From an uncultured bacterium (GTDB lineage Bacteria; Patescibacteriota; Minisyncoccia; UBA6257; 2-01-FULL-56-20): DNA of 64,000 nucleotides. Both the position numbers and the translations under genes were made by a program. Below, one piece after another: positions 35,509 through 47,903 of the stretch (position 1 is the first letter of the stretch; each line of letters starts with the position of its first letter). The DNA lies in assembly GCA_963719425.1 (NCBI GenBank), contig OY970382.1, forward strand, positions 135,888 through 199,887. Reading direction: 5' to 3'. The notes below the pieces were generated by a model that saw only the letters and a list, made by a program, of their open reading frames with translations, was not told the origin of the DNA and ran no database searches.

Positions 35509-36192
35509 ATGATTGTTTTTCAAGGGGTTTCCAAGCATTACAACCACCACGCCACGGCGCTGGAGGAAGTGTCGTTCCAGATTGATCCGGGAGAATTCGT
35601 GTCGCTCGCGGGCAGATCGGGTGCGGGAAAGTCCACCGTCATCAAGCTTCTGATCGGCGAGGAAAAACCCACGAAGGGACGGATATTTTTCGGGCAGTAC
35701 GAAGTGAGCAAATTGGTGGATAAGGAACTGCCTGCCTTCCGGCGGCACATCGGCGTCGTGTTCCAGGATTTCCGGCTCCTCCCGACCAAAAACGCGTATG
35801 AAAACGTGGCATTCGCGCTTGAGGTGGCAGGGCGACCGCAGCGGGAAATTGCGGAACTCGTTCCACAGGTTTTGGACATGGTAGGATTAGGGGACAAGAT
35901 GCGGAATTTTCCGGGCGAGCTTTCGGGCGGCGAACGGCAGCGCGTGGCGATCGCGCGGGCGATGATCCATCGGCCGGAGGTCGTGATCGCCGACGAGCCG
36001 ACGGGAAACCTTGATCCGTTTCACACATTTGAAATCGTGAAGCTTTTGGAGAAGATCAACCAGCTAGGTACGACGGTCGTGCTTGCGACCCACGACAAGG
36101 AAGTGATCAATAGCCTGGAGAAGAGAGTGATCACACTGGATCGCGGACGGCTCATCCGCGACGAGCAAAAAGGAAAATATATCCTGGTATGA
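35509..36192 (+). CDS. ftsE: Cell division ATP-binding protein FtsE
   Basis: GRSGAGKST, VFQDFRLL, LSGGE and DEPTGNLDP. Confidence 0.92.
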   Translation: MIVFQGVSKHYNHHATALEEVSFQIDPGEFVSLAGRSGAGKSTVIKLLIGEEKPTKGRIFFGQYEVSKLVDKELPAFRRHIGVVFQDFRLLPTKNAYENVAFALEVAGRPQREIAELVPQVLDMVGLGDKMRNFPGELSGGERQRVAIARAMIHRPEVVIADEPTGNLDPFHTFEIVKLLEKINQLGTTVVLATHDKEVINSLEKRVITLDRGRLIRDEQKGKYILV

Positions 36193-36213
36193 AATTTCTA
36201 ATTTCTAATTTCT
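36193..36213 (+). repeat. (AATTTCT)3 heptamer tandem repeat
   Basis: Fills the ftsE-ftsX spacer. Confidence 0.8.
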
Positions 36214-36216
36214 AAA

Positions 36217-37128
36217 ATGATAACGGTCATTTCGCGCATCTTCCAATTCGGGCTGAAGAACTTCCGGCGGAATGGGTGGCTTTCCATGGCGACGATGGCC
36301 ATCATGACGATTGCGCTTTTCGTATTCGGCTCGCTCATCATTTTCGGCGTGATCACCGACCGCGCCGCCGCCTCTATCCAAGACAAGATTGACATCAGCG
36401 TGTATTTCAATACAAACACATCCGAGGATCAGATTTTGAACATCCGACAGTCGCTTGAGGGATTGTCGGAGGTGCAGAGCGTGAATTATATTTCGCGCGA
36501 TCAGGCGCTCGCGATTTTCAAGCAAAACCATGCGAATGATGCGACGGTGAGCCAGGCGATCAACGAGCTTGATACGAATCCGCTTGAAGCGTCGCTCAAT
36601 ATCAAAGCGAAGGATCCGAGCCAGTATGCCGCAATCGCGCAATATTTGAGTTCGCCAGACATCACGCAGTATCTGGACGGCCAGCCGAGCTATTACAACA
36701 ACCAGACCGTGATTGACAGGCTCGCGAAGATCGTAAAAACAGTGGAGACCGGCGGATTTGTCGTCGCGCTGCTCCTTGCGCTCATCGCGGGGCTCGTGGC
36801 CTTCAATACGATCCGCCTCGCTATCTATTCCAACCGCGAGGAAATCGGCGTCATGCGCGTGGTGGGCGCTTCCAACGCCCTCGTGCGCGGGCCGTACGTG
36901 GTAGAGGGCGTGCTCTGCGGTGCAATCTCAACCGTCGTCAGCTTGATTCTGATCGCGCCCATGCTCTATTTCGTTTCGCCGTATCTTGATGTGTTCATCC
37001 CCGGCTTGAACATTTTTCAGTATTTCTATGTCCATCTCCTGCAATTTTTCCTCTATGAACTTCTCTTCGGCGTTGTGATTGGCGGACTTTCCAGCTTCAT
37101 TGCGGTCCGGCGGTATCTAAGAAATTGA
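36217..37128 (+). CDS. ftsX: Cell division permease FtsX
   Basis: NFRRNGWLS and NTIRLAIYSNREEIGVMRVVGAS. Confidence 0.92.
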   Translation: MITVISRIFQFGLKNFRRNGWLSMATMAIMTIALFVFGSLIIFGVITDRAAASIQDKIDISVYFNTNTSEDQILNIRQSLEGLSEVQSVNYISRDQALAIFKQNHANDATVSQAINELDTNPLEASLNIKAKDPSQYAAIAQYLSSPDITQYLDGQPSYYNNQTVIDRLAKIVKTVETGGFVVALLLALIAGLVAFNTIRLAIYSNREEIGVMRVVGASNALVRGPYVVEGVLCGAISTVVSLILIAPMLYFVSPYLDVFIPGLNIFQYFYVHLLQFFLYELLFGVVIGGLSSFIAVRRYLRN

Positions 37129-37153
37129 TTCAGCATTTCAATGGATAACGGAG

Positions 37154-37624
37154 ATGATCACCTGTACTTTTGAGAACGGGGATGCAAATTCATTGCGTCA
37201 TGCAGTGATTGACGCCCTTGTTCTCAAAGACGACAAGATTCTTCTTGTAAAACGCGCGCAAAAGTTCTTAGAAGGAGGCAAATGGGCGCTCGTTGGTGGA
37301 TACGTGGAGCGCGGTGAAACCATTCAAGAAGCGGTTGTGCGCGAGGTGTTTGAAGAAACTGGATATAAGGTTGTAGGCCTCGTTCTTCTGCGCATCGTTG
37401 ATAGTCCTAATCGTCCTGCGGAAGACAGACAGAACATCTCCTTCGTATATTACTGCACCGCGCTGGAGCAAGCTGGTGTCCCCGATGATGAAAACAGCGA
37501 GCTACGTTGGTTTTCCTTAAATGCACTGCCTCCCGAGGACAAAACGGCGTTTGATCATATGGAGAACATTCGCGCGTATCGCGAATATCTGAAGAGTCCT
37601 TTTGCGTTACCAAAGCTTGGTTGA
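37154..37624 (+). CDS. Nudix hydrolase
   Basis: GGYVERGETIQEAVVREVFEETG; AFDH. Confidence 0.9.
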   Translation: MITCTFENGDANSLRHAVIDALVLKDDKILLVKRAQKFLEGGKWALVGGYVERGETIQEAVVREVFEETGYKVVGLVLLRIVDSPNRPAEDRQNISFVYYCTALEQAGVPDDENSELRWFSLNALPPEDKTAFDHMENIRAYREYLKSPFALPKLG

Positions 37625-37825
37625 GTTTGTAGGGTGGGACGGTTACATAAAGATTCTATGAAAAACTATGCGAAAGTTGGGAATCGGCCGGGGCGACCGG
37701 CATATCGGACGGCCGCGCGGTTCCGGTATCGGAAACAGGCAGCGGTGTTGAGAGCAAAAAGTGGTCGACGGGGCGCCAGATAATCCACTGGTAGGCGCGT
37801 CTTTTCTCTGTTATTATGTGGTTGT

Positions 37826-38587
37826 ATGCCGCAAATTTCCCTTCGCGCGGAAGAGATTTTTCGCATAGGGAGCTTCCCGGTGACAAACGCGGTCCTCTTG
37901 GCCGTGCTTGTTCTTGTGCTTTTGACCGTGGTAGCGGTCGCGTTGCGGCGCAAACTTTCTTTTGTTCCCGGCAATGCACAGGGCGTCATAGAGATCCTCA
38001 TTGAAGGCGCCCTCGGCCTCATGGGCTCTGTGCTCGGCAGCCGGAAAAAGGCGGAAAAATATCTGCCGCTTGTGTTTACGGTCTTCTTTTTCATTTTATG
38101 TTCAAACTGGCTCGGGCTTTTCCCTGGAGTGAGCTCCATCGTGGTCCGTCAGGGGAGCGAGTCGGTCCCGCTCCTGCGCTCGCCCGCGAGCGACCTTAAC
38201 TTTACGCTTGCCTTGGCGCTTATCGCGGTCACATTCGCGAACGCGTTCGGCGTCGCCGCAGTGGGACTAAAAGCGCGCCTTTCGGTTTTCTTCAATTTCA
38301 AGGGGCCCATAGACTTTTTCGTGGGCATCCTTGAACTTGTCTCAGAATTTGCTAAGATTATTTCGTTCTCATTCCGGCTCTTCGGGAACATTTTTGCGGG
38401 GGAAGTGCTTCTGGCCATCATGGCCTTTTTGGTACCGTACCTGGCGCCCCTGCCATTCATGTTTCTAGAGATTTTCGTCGGGTTTATCCAGGCGTTCATC
38501 TTCGGGATGCTTACCCTCGTGTTCGTCGCCATAGCGGTCTCGCACGGCGAAGATTTTGACGAACACGCAATTGAAAAGGTCGCATAA
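37826..38587 (+). CDS. atpB: F0F1 ATP synthase subunit a
   Basis: SFSFRLFGNIFAGE and IQAFIF. Confidence 0.95.
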   Translation: MPQISLRAEEIFRIGSFPVTNAVLLAVLVLVLLTVVAVALRRKLSFVPGNAQGVIEILIEGALGLMGSVLGSRKKAEKYLPLVFTVFFFILCSNWLGLFPGVSSIVVRQGSESVPLLRSPASDLNFTLALALIAVTFANAFGVAAVGLKARLSVFFNFKGPIDFFVGILELVSEFAKIISFSFRLFGNIFAGEVLLAIMAFLVPYLAPLPFMFLEIFVGFIQAFIFGMLTLVFVAIAVSHGEDFDEHAIEKVA

Positions 38588-38610
38588 ACTTCATTCAAAA
38601 ACAATTACCC

Positions 38611-38841
38611 ATGGACGTTAACAGTATCCGGCTTATTGCCACGTTTGGCGCCATCGGCATGGGCACCATTGTGCCCGCGCTTGCGATCGGTTGGATTGGC
38701 GCGCGTGCAGTGGATGCGATCGGAAGGAATCCCGAAGCATCAACCAAGGTGCAAACGATGGCGATTTTGGCCATCGCGTTCGCGGAAGCCATCGCGATCT
38801 ATTCGCTTGTCATCGCGCTCATCATCAAGTTCGTTTCCTAA
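38611..38841 (+). CDS. atpE: F0F1 ATP synthase subunit c
   Basis: IGRNPEA and FAEAIAIY. Confidence 0.95.
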   Translation: MDVNSIRLIATFGAIGMGTIVPALAIGWIGARAVDAIGRNPEASTKVQTMAILAIAFAEAIAIYSLVIALIIKFVS

Positions 38842-38875
38842 GCAACTAGTTTTCCGCAACCAGTAACCGGGTCTT

Positions 38876-39379
38876 ATGCAACAATTGTTTTCACAACTTG
38901 GCATTGACTGGCACCTCCTTTTAAGCCAGGTGGTCAATTTTTTCCTGCTCCTCGTGGTCTTGCGGATTTTCGTCTACAAGCCGCTGCTCACGCTTTTGCA
39001 TGACCGGCGAGCGAGGATTGAGGAAGGACTTACGAAGGCCGACGAGGCCGACCGGCGCCTCGCGGAAGTGGAGGAGATCGGCAAAGAGAGAATAAAAGAA
39101 GCCGAAGTGCAGGCAGTGGGCATTTTGAAGAAAACCGAGGCCGACGCGAAGGTGGTGGAAGCGAGGATGCTCGCCGAGGCGAAGCGCAAGGAGGCAGAAG
39201 CGATGCGTGACATGGGTGAACGCGTTCGGGCCAAGGAAGAAGACGCGAGAAAAGTAATGGACAAGGAAGCCGCGGCGCTCGTGCGGCGCGCCATCGCCAA
39301 AACCGTGGAAATGTCGCCGGAAAAAATTGATGATGCTTTGATTGCGAAAGCAGTAGAAGAAGCAAAACGACCCGCATGA
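38876..39379 (+). CDS. atpF: F0F1 ATP synthase subunit b
   Basis: QVVNFFLL...YKPL..LHDRRARI followed by a coiled coil. Confidence 0.92.
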   Translation: MQQLFSQLGIDWHLLLSQVVNFFLLLVVLRIFVYKPLLTLLHDRRARIEEGLTKADEADRRLAEVEEIGKERIKEAEVQAVGILKKTEADAKVVEARMLAEAKRKEAEAMRDMGERVRAKEEDARKVMDKEAAALVRRAIAKTVEMSPEKIDDALIAKAVEEAKRPA

Positions 39380-39762
39380 AGTACCCCGCCCACATTTATG
39401 CAAAGGCGCTTGCCGAAGTGATCGTGGCCGTGAAAGGAGGGAGTAACGCGGTGCAGGACGCGATTGTCAGGCGGTTCATCGCGCTTGTGCGGAAGAACGG
39501 CGACGAAGCGCATCTGCGGAAGCTTGTGGAAGAAGCGGCGCGGTTCGTGCGGGGAAAAAGCGGGGTGCGGAAAATGACGATAGAGACGGCGCGGTCGCTT
39601 CCCGCAGCGCAGAAACAAGCGCTCCAGGCGCTTACGAAGCCGGGTGACGTTATTGAGGAGAAGATAGATCCGGAGCTCGTGGCGGGAGTGAAGGTTTTGA
39701 TCAACGATGAACTTCAGTTTGACGGGTCGCTCAAGGGGAAGCTGGATAAGCTGTTCGGATAG
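39376..39762 (+). CDS. atpH: F0F1 ATP synthase subunit delta (short)
   Basis: IDPELVAGVKV...DGSLKGKL; operon position. Confidence 0.88.
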   Translation: MKYPAHIYAKALAEVIVAVKGGSNAVQDAIVRRFIALVRKNGDEAHLRKLVEEAARFVRGKSGVRKMTIETARSLPAAQKQALQALTKPGDVIEEKIDPELVAGVKVLINDELQFDGSLKGKLDKLFG

Positions 39763-39778
39763 AAGTTAGAAATTTACC

Positions 39779-41305
39779 ATGTCGTACGAAATTATAGAAA
39801 AATTAAAACGGGAGATCGAAGGATACAAGGAGAAACCCGAGTGGCAGGAAGTCGGTCGCGTGATTGAGGTCGGGGACGGCATCGTGAAAATCCTTGGACT
39901 GCGGAATGCGGTGAGCCAGGAAATTTTAACCATTGAAACCACGCAGGGCGCTCGCGCGGCGCTCGCGCTCAACCTTGAGGAGGAATCCATCGGCGCCTTG
40001 GTGCTTGATGACTTTTTGGCGATTGAGGTCGGGGACACCGTGAAGCGCACCGGCCAGGTGCTCTCCGTTGAGGTAGGCGAGGAGCTTATCGGTCGCGTGG
40101 TGAATCCGTTGGGCGTGCCGCTTGACGGACGTGGACCAATTTTTAAAAACAACGCAAAGGCGCAGCGGAATCCGTTGGAAGCCCGCGCACCCTCGGTCTT
40201 GGAGCGAGAGTCGGTGAACGTACCGCTCCATACCGGCCTCAAGGCCATTGATTCCATGATCCCGATCGGCCGCGGCCAGCGCGAGCTTATCATCGGCGAC
40301 CGGCAGGTGGGGAAGACGGCGCTCGCACTGGATGCCATTTTAAATCAATTGAATGACAAAACGCGGCGCACGCCCACTTGTATCTATGTTGCCATCGGGC
40401 AGAAAGAATCCAAGATCGTGAGAGTTGCGGAAACGCTCAAGAAATTTGATGCATTGAAATACAGTATTATCGTTGCGGCGCCGGCATCGTCGCCTGCGGC
40501 GTTGTGGTACCTTGCGCCCTATGCCGGCTGCGCGATAGGGGAATATTTCCGCGACAAGGGCCAGGATGCGGTTGTGATTTACGACGATCTCTCAAAACAC
40601 GCGTGGGCCTACCGGCAGATTTCGCTCCTGCTCCGGCGCCCGCCGGGCCGCGAGGCATATCCGGGCGATATTTTCTATCTGCATTCGCGCCTGCTTGAAC
40701 GCGCCGCGAAACTTTCCAAAGAAAAAGGCGGGGGGTCGCTCACCGCGCTGCCAATCGTTGAAACGCAGCTTGGCGACGTGACGGCGTATATTCCTACCAA
40801 TATTATTTCCATCACGGATGGTCAGATCTATCTGGAATCGGACCTCTTTTACCAGGGCTTGCGGCCGGCGCTCAATGTCGGTATTTCCGTATCGCGCGTT
40901 GGTTCTACCGCACAGACGAAGGCGATGAAAAAGGTGGCCGGCAAATTACGCTTGGCCCATGCGCAATTCCGCGAACTCCAGGCATTCGTCCAGTTCGCGA
41001 CTGACGTGGACGAAGCGACGAAGAAGAAAATCGCGCAAGGGCAGAAGATCAACGAGGTTTTGAAGCAGGAAGACCTGGCGCCCGTGCCGTTTGAGAAGCA
41101 GGTGTGCGTCTTCTACGCGGTCCTCAATAATTATTTTGAGAGCGTTGCCGTGGAGGATATCAAAAAGACCGAAAGCGGTCTCTTGGACTATTTGGGAAAA
41201 CTTCACGAGAGCGACATTCTGAACCCGATTCGCGATACGGGCGATTTCTCCGAGGCGACGGAAGCGAAATTAAAAGAAGCCATCATGCGTTTCCTCACCA
41301 AATAA
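39779..41305 (+). CDS. atpA: F0F1 ATP synthase subunit alpha
   Basis: GDRQVGKT and [10 protein letters not shown]. Confidence 0.97.
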   Translation: MSYEIIEKLKREIEGYKEKPEWQEVGRVIEVGDGIVKILGLRNAVSQEILTIETTQGARAALALNLEEESIGALVLDDFLAIEVGDTVKRTGQVLSVEVGEELIGRVVNPLGVPLDGRGPIFKNNAKAQRNPLEARAPSVLERESVNVPLHTGLKAIDSMIPIGRGQRELIIGDRQVGKTALALDAILNQLNDKTRRTPTCIYVAIGQKESKIVRVAETLKKFDALKYSIIVAAPASSPAALWYLAPYAGCAIGEYFRDKGQDAVVIYDDLSKHAWAYRQISLLLRRPPGREAYPGDIFYLHSRLLERAAKLSKEKGGGSLTALPIVETQLGDVTAYIPTNIISITDGQIYLESDLFYQGLRPALNVGISVSRVGSTAQTKAMKKVAGKLRLAHAQFRELQAFVQFATDVDEATKKKIAQGQKINEVLKQEDLAPVPFEKQVCVFYAVLNNYFESVAVEDIKKTESGLLDYLGKLHESDILNPIRDTGDFSEATEAKLKEAIMRFLTK

Positions 41306-42238
41306 ATGGAATCGGCACAGAACCTCAAACGACGCATAAAGAGCGTCCAGAATATCGGGCAGATCACGAAGGCGATGGAACTTGTGGCGGCCACAAAGAT
41401 GCGCCGCGCGCAGGAGCTCGCGCTCACGTCGCGGCCATACTCCTACACCGCGCTGGAACTTTTGGGTATCCTTTCCGAACTCAAGGATGTACCGATGCCG
41501 GAGCTTCTCGTTGCGCGGCCGGTCGCGCGCACCGTCTTTTTGATCGTCACTTCCGACAAAGGCCTCGCGGGCTCGTTCAACAGCGCCGTGATCAGAAGGT
41601 TCGAGCATTTTCTCCAATCGGAGCGTATTGACCCGCGCGATCCGAAGTATGCGTTCGTTGCGGTTGGCCAAAAAGCGAAGAGTTACCTTGAACGGCGGAA
41701 GCTCAACGTGGTTGCGACCTTCACGCGCGTGGGTGATTACACAAAGCGTGAAGAAGTGGAGCCCATTTCCAATTTTTTGATTGAGGGATTTTTGAAGCAC
41801 GATTTTGACAGCGTGGTTGTGTTCTTTACTACCTTTGTGACCGCGCTGCGGCAGGATGCCGTCGCGCGCGAGTTCTTGCCCATCGGGTACGAGGTAATCA
41901 AGCAATCCATTGAAGAGACCATTCCGCGCGCCGGGCGATATTCCCAATATGCGAGGTCGGAGTCGTTCTTTGAGGAAAAAGAGCGGGAATATCTTATTGA
42001 ACCCTCGCCGCGAGAGGTGCTCGCGGAACTTGCGCCGGAGCTGTTGAAAATTCGTATCTATCACGCGATTTTGGAGGCGAATGCCTCGGAGCATTCTGCG
42101 CGGCGTGTGGCAATGAAGAATGCTTCCGATAACGCCTCCGAACTTTCTGGAAACCTAAACATGGAATACAATAAATCGCGCCAGGCCGGCATCACGCGGG
42201 AGATCATTGAGGTCACGTCGGGCGCGCAGGCAGCATGA
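41306..42238 (+). CDS. atpG: F0F1 ATP synthase subunit gamma
   Basis: ITKAMELVAA, SDKGLAG and RQAGITREI. Confidence 0.96.
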   Translation: MESAQNLKRRIKSVQNIGQITKAMELVAATKMRRAQELALTSRPYSYTALELLGILSELKDVPMPELLVARPVARTVFLIVTSDKGLAGSFNSAVIRRFEHFLQSERIDPRDPKYAFVAVGQKAKSYLERRKLNVVATFTRVGDYTKREEVEPISNFLIEGFLKHDFDSVVVFFTTFVTALRQDAVAREFLPIGYEVIKQSIEETIPRAGRYSQYARSESFFEEKEREYLIEPSPREVLAELAPELLKIRIYHAILEANASEHSARRVAMKNASDNASELSGNLNMEYNKSRQAGITREIIEVTSGAQAA

Positions 42239-42239
42239 A

Positions 42240-43640
<1,401 letters not shown>

Positions 43641-43662
43641 TTTCTAATGACGAATGATTAAC

Positions 43663-43908
43663 ATGAAGATAGGCGTCTATTCATTGCAAAAAGTGTTGTT
43701 CCAGGGCGAGGCGTCTTTGGTGAATTGTCGCACGCGAATAGGGGAGATTACCATTCTGAACCACCACCGACCGCTCATCTCCGTGTTGAGCAAAGGAACG
43801 ATGAAAATCATTGATAATAACCAAAAAGAGCACTATATCCCCGTAAGCTCCGGTTTCTTGGAGGTTTGCTCGGGGAACGAAGCGAGATTTCTCGTTGAGG
43901 AGGCATGA
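43663..43908 (+). CDS. atpC: F0F1 ATP synthase subunit epsilon (beta-sandwich only)
   Basis: GEITILNHHRPLIS and SGFLEV; no C-terminal helices. Confidence 0.88.
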   Translation: MKIGVYSLQKVLFQGEASLVNCRTRIGEITILNHHRPLISVLSKGTMKIIDNNQKEHYIPVSSGFLEVCSGNEARFLVEEA

Positions 43909-44315
43909 AGAAGATTTTTGATTTCCCATCACCGCAGGAGCACTATCGCAACACCGCGGCGTTTTTGTGGTGTTCGGACCAGCGGTTTGAGGAAGTGCGG
44001 CACGTGTTTGCAAAGGCGGGGAACCTTCATATGCCGGACCCCATTTTATTGCCGGGCGGAGTGAAGCCGCTCGTAACACCGAAAGAGCCGCGCGATCGGG
44101 AGTTTGTCTTTGAGCAGATCGAGGTGCTCATGGGGCACGGTTTTACAACGCTCTACGCCATGGCGCATATGAACTGCGCCGCATGTGACGGGAACACCAA
44201 CCGCGCCTTCTACGAAGATATGCTCAAAAAGGCGGGGAAGATCATTCGCAATCGCATTCCCGTCCTCAACATCCGTCTCGTTTTTGCCGATTTCGACGGC
44301 TTGTACGAAGTGTAA
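43905..44315 (+). CDS. Putative beta-class carbonic anhydrase-like protein
   Basis: CSDQR, PGG and HMNCAA match the CxDxR...HxxC zinc ligand pattern. Confidence 0.7.
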   Translation: MKKIFDFPSPQEHYRNTAAFLWCSDQRFEEVRHVFAKAGNLHMPDPILLPGGVKPLVTPKEPRDREFVFEQIEVLMGHGFTTLYAMAHMNCAACDGNTNRAFYEDMLKKAGKIIRNRIPVLNIRLVFADFDGLYEV

Positions 44316-44324
44316 GTTGCAGGT

Positions 44325-46115
44325 TTATACCACCTCCGCCTGATAGCACTGCTCGCAGTAGACGATTTCGGGGCGGTCGGGAGCGTAGGAAGTTTCAAAC
44401 TCGTTGGGACAAGGCTTACTACCGTGAAAATGAGGGGCGGTATTTGTGTAGCTGCCTACCTTCGCTCCAACGCATGCACACGTACGTTTATAAAGCTGCG
44501 GAACATTGCGCCAGCTGATACGCTCTACGTGGCGACAATTGAAACACAGCTTCGGCAATGGCAAATTCATTTGCCTATAGAACTGCAATTCTTGCTGCGT
44601 GATGCGGAAAACCGTAGGACAATTGGCTCCGCATTGGCGTCCGGCATGATCTCCGGTTTCGTCGTGCTGGCACTGGATTATCTCTTGGGTGATAGCATCA
44701 CCGGTTTCGGTGATAGTATCGGGCAGGGTGGAAGCGGCTTGGGTTGGTTCATATCTTCTTTTCTCGGGAACGCGCCACTTGAATCCCATGCGCTCAACCT
44801 GACTTCTCGGAAGTTGGAAATATTCATACGCTTGGGATTCGTTGAACCCGAAGGGGCTCATGTCGGGCGGGAAGAACTCGCCGTACTTGTATTTCCTGCC
44901 GAGCGCATCCACATAAGGCACCTCGTTCATATGCGCGATTATCTTTGGAATAAGTGATTCATATTCTTCTTTTGAGTACTGCTTATTGAGGACGCAGTAC
45001 TGCGCGTTGCGCAGTCCCACGCAACCGAACACATTCCGCGAGTTGCGGCACGTGACGGAATAGCGTATGTCACTCACCGTTTCGCAATCAAACGAAAAAT
45101 ATACTCCGCGCAGGCCTTGTCCGCAGCAGCTTATTTCATAGTTGCGTTCAATATCGACGCCCGAGGAGGTAACGTCTATGCAGTCCCGAATTGGGTTGTA
45201 GATGACGCTCTGGCAATGCGCGCAGTTTTGGACCTCATTCGTGAAAAAACAATTGCGCACCTCCGAGGAGTTGTATATATAGTCGCCGATGCAACCCTCA
45301 TCCTTTAGTCCGTGCCGAAAACGGAACGGAAACGAAAGCCAAACCCTCTCCGCCTCTCGTTGCATTCGTTCCAATCCCCGCCTTGAGTGCAGGTTAAATC
45401 CCGCCACTTTTTTTCGATAGTTTTCTTTCGAGTATGGTTGGTTAAAGATATAGTAGCTTTTGTTCCGCAAACCAGTGCACCCCACGCAGTCGCTGCACCC
45501 GACGCAATCCTGGCTGAACCATATTTCGCGGCAACCGGTGCAATTTCTGGAAAAGAAGATCCGGTAACAGTTCGTCGTGTTGATCACGTAATAGCAAAGT
45601 TCGCATAGTTTGCAATTGATGGTGTCAAAACATTGCCTGCTCTTTTGTAGGGAAACACCATATGCACTGTCTTCAGAAAACCCAGCGTCAAAGCAGAGAT
45701 ACGTATTTTTCATGTCCAGACCCATGCTGTAATCGCTGTTGACCTGGTTGCGGGACATGATGTAGGTGAAGGGCACGACGTTGAATAAATCCCGTATTTG
45801 ATCAAAAAACGGCCGCGTAAAATCATATTCCCGCGCGTATGCCCTGGGATCCCACGCGTCGCTCCACCAGTAGTCTCGCTCAAACGGGGGCATGGGCGCA
45901 TTAGGGGGCACCATGCTGAAAATTTTTTTACCAGTGCCAGCGCAAGTGCGTTCGTAGAGATAGCGGAAGTTACGAAAAGCCATCCGCCGCATGGCCCGGC
46001 ATCTCCAGCACCAGGTCGGTGGCGGCACGTTGAGGCTTTTATAGAATGTAAAATCCTCCGGCTCTATCGTGAATTGGTTTTTGCAATTCTGGCAAATTCT
46101 TGTTTCAGTATTCAT
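44325..46115 (-). CDS. CPR-type Cys-rich repeat protein, paralog 2
   Basis: Same architecture as 5801-7501; ends YAPDRPEIVYCEQCYQAEVV. Confidence 0.85.
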   Translation of the reverse strand: MNTETRICQNCKNQFTIEPEDFTFYKSLNVPPPTWCWRCRAMRRMAFRNFRYLYERTCAGTGKKIFSMVPPNAPMPPFERDYWWSDAWDPRAYAREYDFTRPFFDQIRDLFNVVPFTYIMSRNQVNSDYSMGLDMKNTYLCFDAGFSEDSAYGVSLQKSRQCFDTINCKLCELCYYVINTTNCYRIFFSRNCTGCREIWFSQDCVGCSDCVGCTGLRNKSYYIFNQPYSKENYRKKVAGFNLHSRRGLERMQREAERVWLSFPFRFRHGLKDEGCIGDYIYNSSEVRNCFFTNEVQNCAHCQSVIYNPIRDCIDVTSSGVDIERNYEISCCGQGLRGVYFSFDCETVSDIRYSVTCRNSRNVFGCVGLRNAQYCVLNKQYSKEEYESLIPKIIAHMNEVPYVDALGRKYKYGEFFPPDMSPFGFNESQAYEYFQLPRSQVERMGFKWRVPEKRRYEPTQAASTLPDTITETGDAITQEIIQCQHDETGDHAGRQCGANCPTVFRITQQELQFYRQMNLPLPKLCFNCRHVERISWRNVPQLYKRTCACVGAKVGSYTNTAPHFHGSKPCPNEFETSYAPDRPEIVYCEQCYQAEVV

Positions 46116-46121
46116 ATCACG

Positions 46122-47903
46122 TTATGTCACCTCTGCCTGATAGCACTGCTCGCAGTACACGATCTCGGGGCGGTCGGGGGCATAGGAGGTTTGAAAACGA
46201 TTTGGACACGCTTTTTCTGAATGGAAATGGCGTACAGTATTTTTGTAGACTGAGTTATTTGCATGCAATCCTGCGCATTGACACTGTCTTTCAAAAAAGC
46301 GAGGGATGTTTCTTTGCCGCAAGCGCCCATAATGACGGCAGTTGGGGCAAAGCCGCGGGAGCGGGAGATGGAAGCGTTGCAAAAACGCCAATTCCTGCGG
46401 GATAATCCGGAAAGCCCCGGTGCATTCTTCCTCGCATTTCCCTTTGTGCGCGCAACCTATCACTTCTTTCAGGACGCTATCATCCATATCCGAAATTCGA
46501 TCCGCCAAATTCCCTGCCGCCTTCGTGGGCGCATAATCGCGTTTTTCCTCTTCACGCCAAGGCAGTTTTCTGGCCTCCGCCCACTCGCGGCTCCGCGGAT
46601 ACAATTCCTGCGCCTCGGAGATGTTGTACGGGAACGGAGAGAATTCCATCGGGAAAAATTCGCCGTAACGATGGATGCAACCCGCGGCATTTACATAGGG
46701 GACATCGTTCATATGTTTGACGATCTTGGGAACGAGAGTTGCATACTCTGCTTTGGAATATTGCTTGTTCAATATGCAATATTGTTTGTGGTGCAAATTC
46801 GCGCAGCCGAAAATATCCGTGGAACCCGGGCAATTTATCGAATATTCCACATTCTTGCAACCACCCCAGCAGTAGGCAGAGAATTTTACGTTATAGGTTT
46901 TGTTCCCGCATGTTATCGAGTCATAAATGAGTTCTGATGCGTCACCCCAGTTGGCGTAGTCGTAGCAATCCTTCGCTGGCCCCGCGAGCAGATTTACGCA
47001 GTACTTCACATCTTCCGCGCCGGTGACCCGATAACAGTAATGGGCGTTCTTAGAGTGATACACATAATCGCCGGATACGTTTAGGTTTTGAAGCCCCTGC
47101 ATGAATTTCACCGGGAATCTTAGCCACACCTCATTCGTCCGCTGCCGACATTTCTCGAACGCGCCGTAAGAGCCAAGGTCCAGCTCCCGAACCCGCGTTG
47201 CGTACTCCTCTTTGCGATAAGGGATATTGAAAATGCAGTATGATTTGCTGCGCAACCCAACGCATCCAACGCAGTCCGAGCAACCGACGCAATCTTTCGA
47301 AAAAAGCACATCGCGGCAGTCCTCGCAATTCATCGAGAAGAAGGTTTGATAACAGCGCGCCATATTCACATTTCCATAACAAAATTCGCAATGATTTGTC
47401 ATGTGGCTGTCTATGCAGTGCTTGGAGGATTCGTCCCAAATTACATATGCACAATCCTCCGTATGCGCCAACCCATGGGAAAAGTAGCAATTTTTGGAGA
47501 ATGAGGCATTCGCGCAATATTCGCAATTGGTTATGCTTTGTACGTTTGCATGGGGAAACGGCGTTTCGAGAAAGAGCTCGTGAACCTGCGCGAGAAATGG
47601 CCGCGACCAGTCTATTTCTCTTCCATATACTAACGGATCCCAGCCGTCGGAATGCCAAAAATCCTTATCGTAAATTTTTAGCGGCGATTCTGGGGGGACG
47701 AATGAGAGTATTTCCTGCCCGGTTCTCGTTTCCTGTCTTTTATACAGGTGCCACACGTTCCTCCATGCGAAGCGCCGCGCAGAGCGACATTCTGGACACC
47801 AGATAGGCGACGGTACCTTTATCTTCTCGTAAAACGCAAAATCCTCCGGCTCGATTGTGAACTGGTTCTCACAGTTCTGGCACACCCGCGTTTCCCGTTC
47901 CAT
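46122..47903 (-). CDS. CPR-type Cys-rich repeat protein, paralog 3
   Basis: Starts MERETRVCQNC; ends YAPDRPEIVYCEQCYQAEVT. Confidence 0.85.
   Translation of the reverse strand: MERETRVCQNCENQFTIEPEDFAFYEKIKVPSPIWCPECRSARRFAWRNVWHLYKRQETRTGQEILSFVPPESPLKIYDKDFWHSDGWDPLVYGREIDWSRPFLAQVHELFLETPFPHANVQSITNCEYCANASFSKNCYFSHGLAHTEDCAYVIWDESSKHCIDSHMTNHCEFCYGNVNMARCYQTFFSMNCEDCRDVLFSKDCVGCSDCVGCVGLRSKSYCIFNIPYRKEEYATRVRELDLGSYGAFEKCRQRTNEVWLRFPVKFMQGLQNLNVSGDYVYHSKNAHYCYRVTGAEDVKYCVNLLAGPAKDCYDYANWGDASELIYDSITCGNKTYNVKFSAYCWGGCKNVEYSINCPGSTDIFGCANLHHKQYCILNKQYSKAEYATLVPKIVKHMNDVPYVNAAGCIHRYGEFFPMEFSPFPYNISEAQELYPRSREWAEARKLPWREEEKRDYAPTKAAGNLADRISDMDDSVLKEVIGCAHKGKCEEECTGAFRIIPQELAFLQRFHLPLPRLCPNCRHYGRLRQRNIPRFFERQCQCAGLHANNSVYKNTVRHFHSEKACPNRFQTSYAPDRPEIVYCEQCYQAEVT

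Noticed and set aside
37658-37783. 41-aa Arg-rich ORF (or atpI/atpZ) before atpB
   Set aside because: It is not hydrophobic, has no family motif or clear start signals, and may be spurious.
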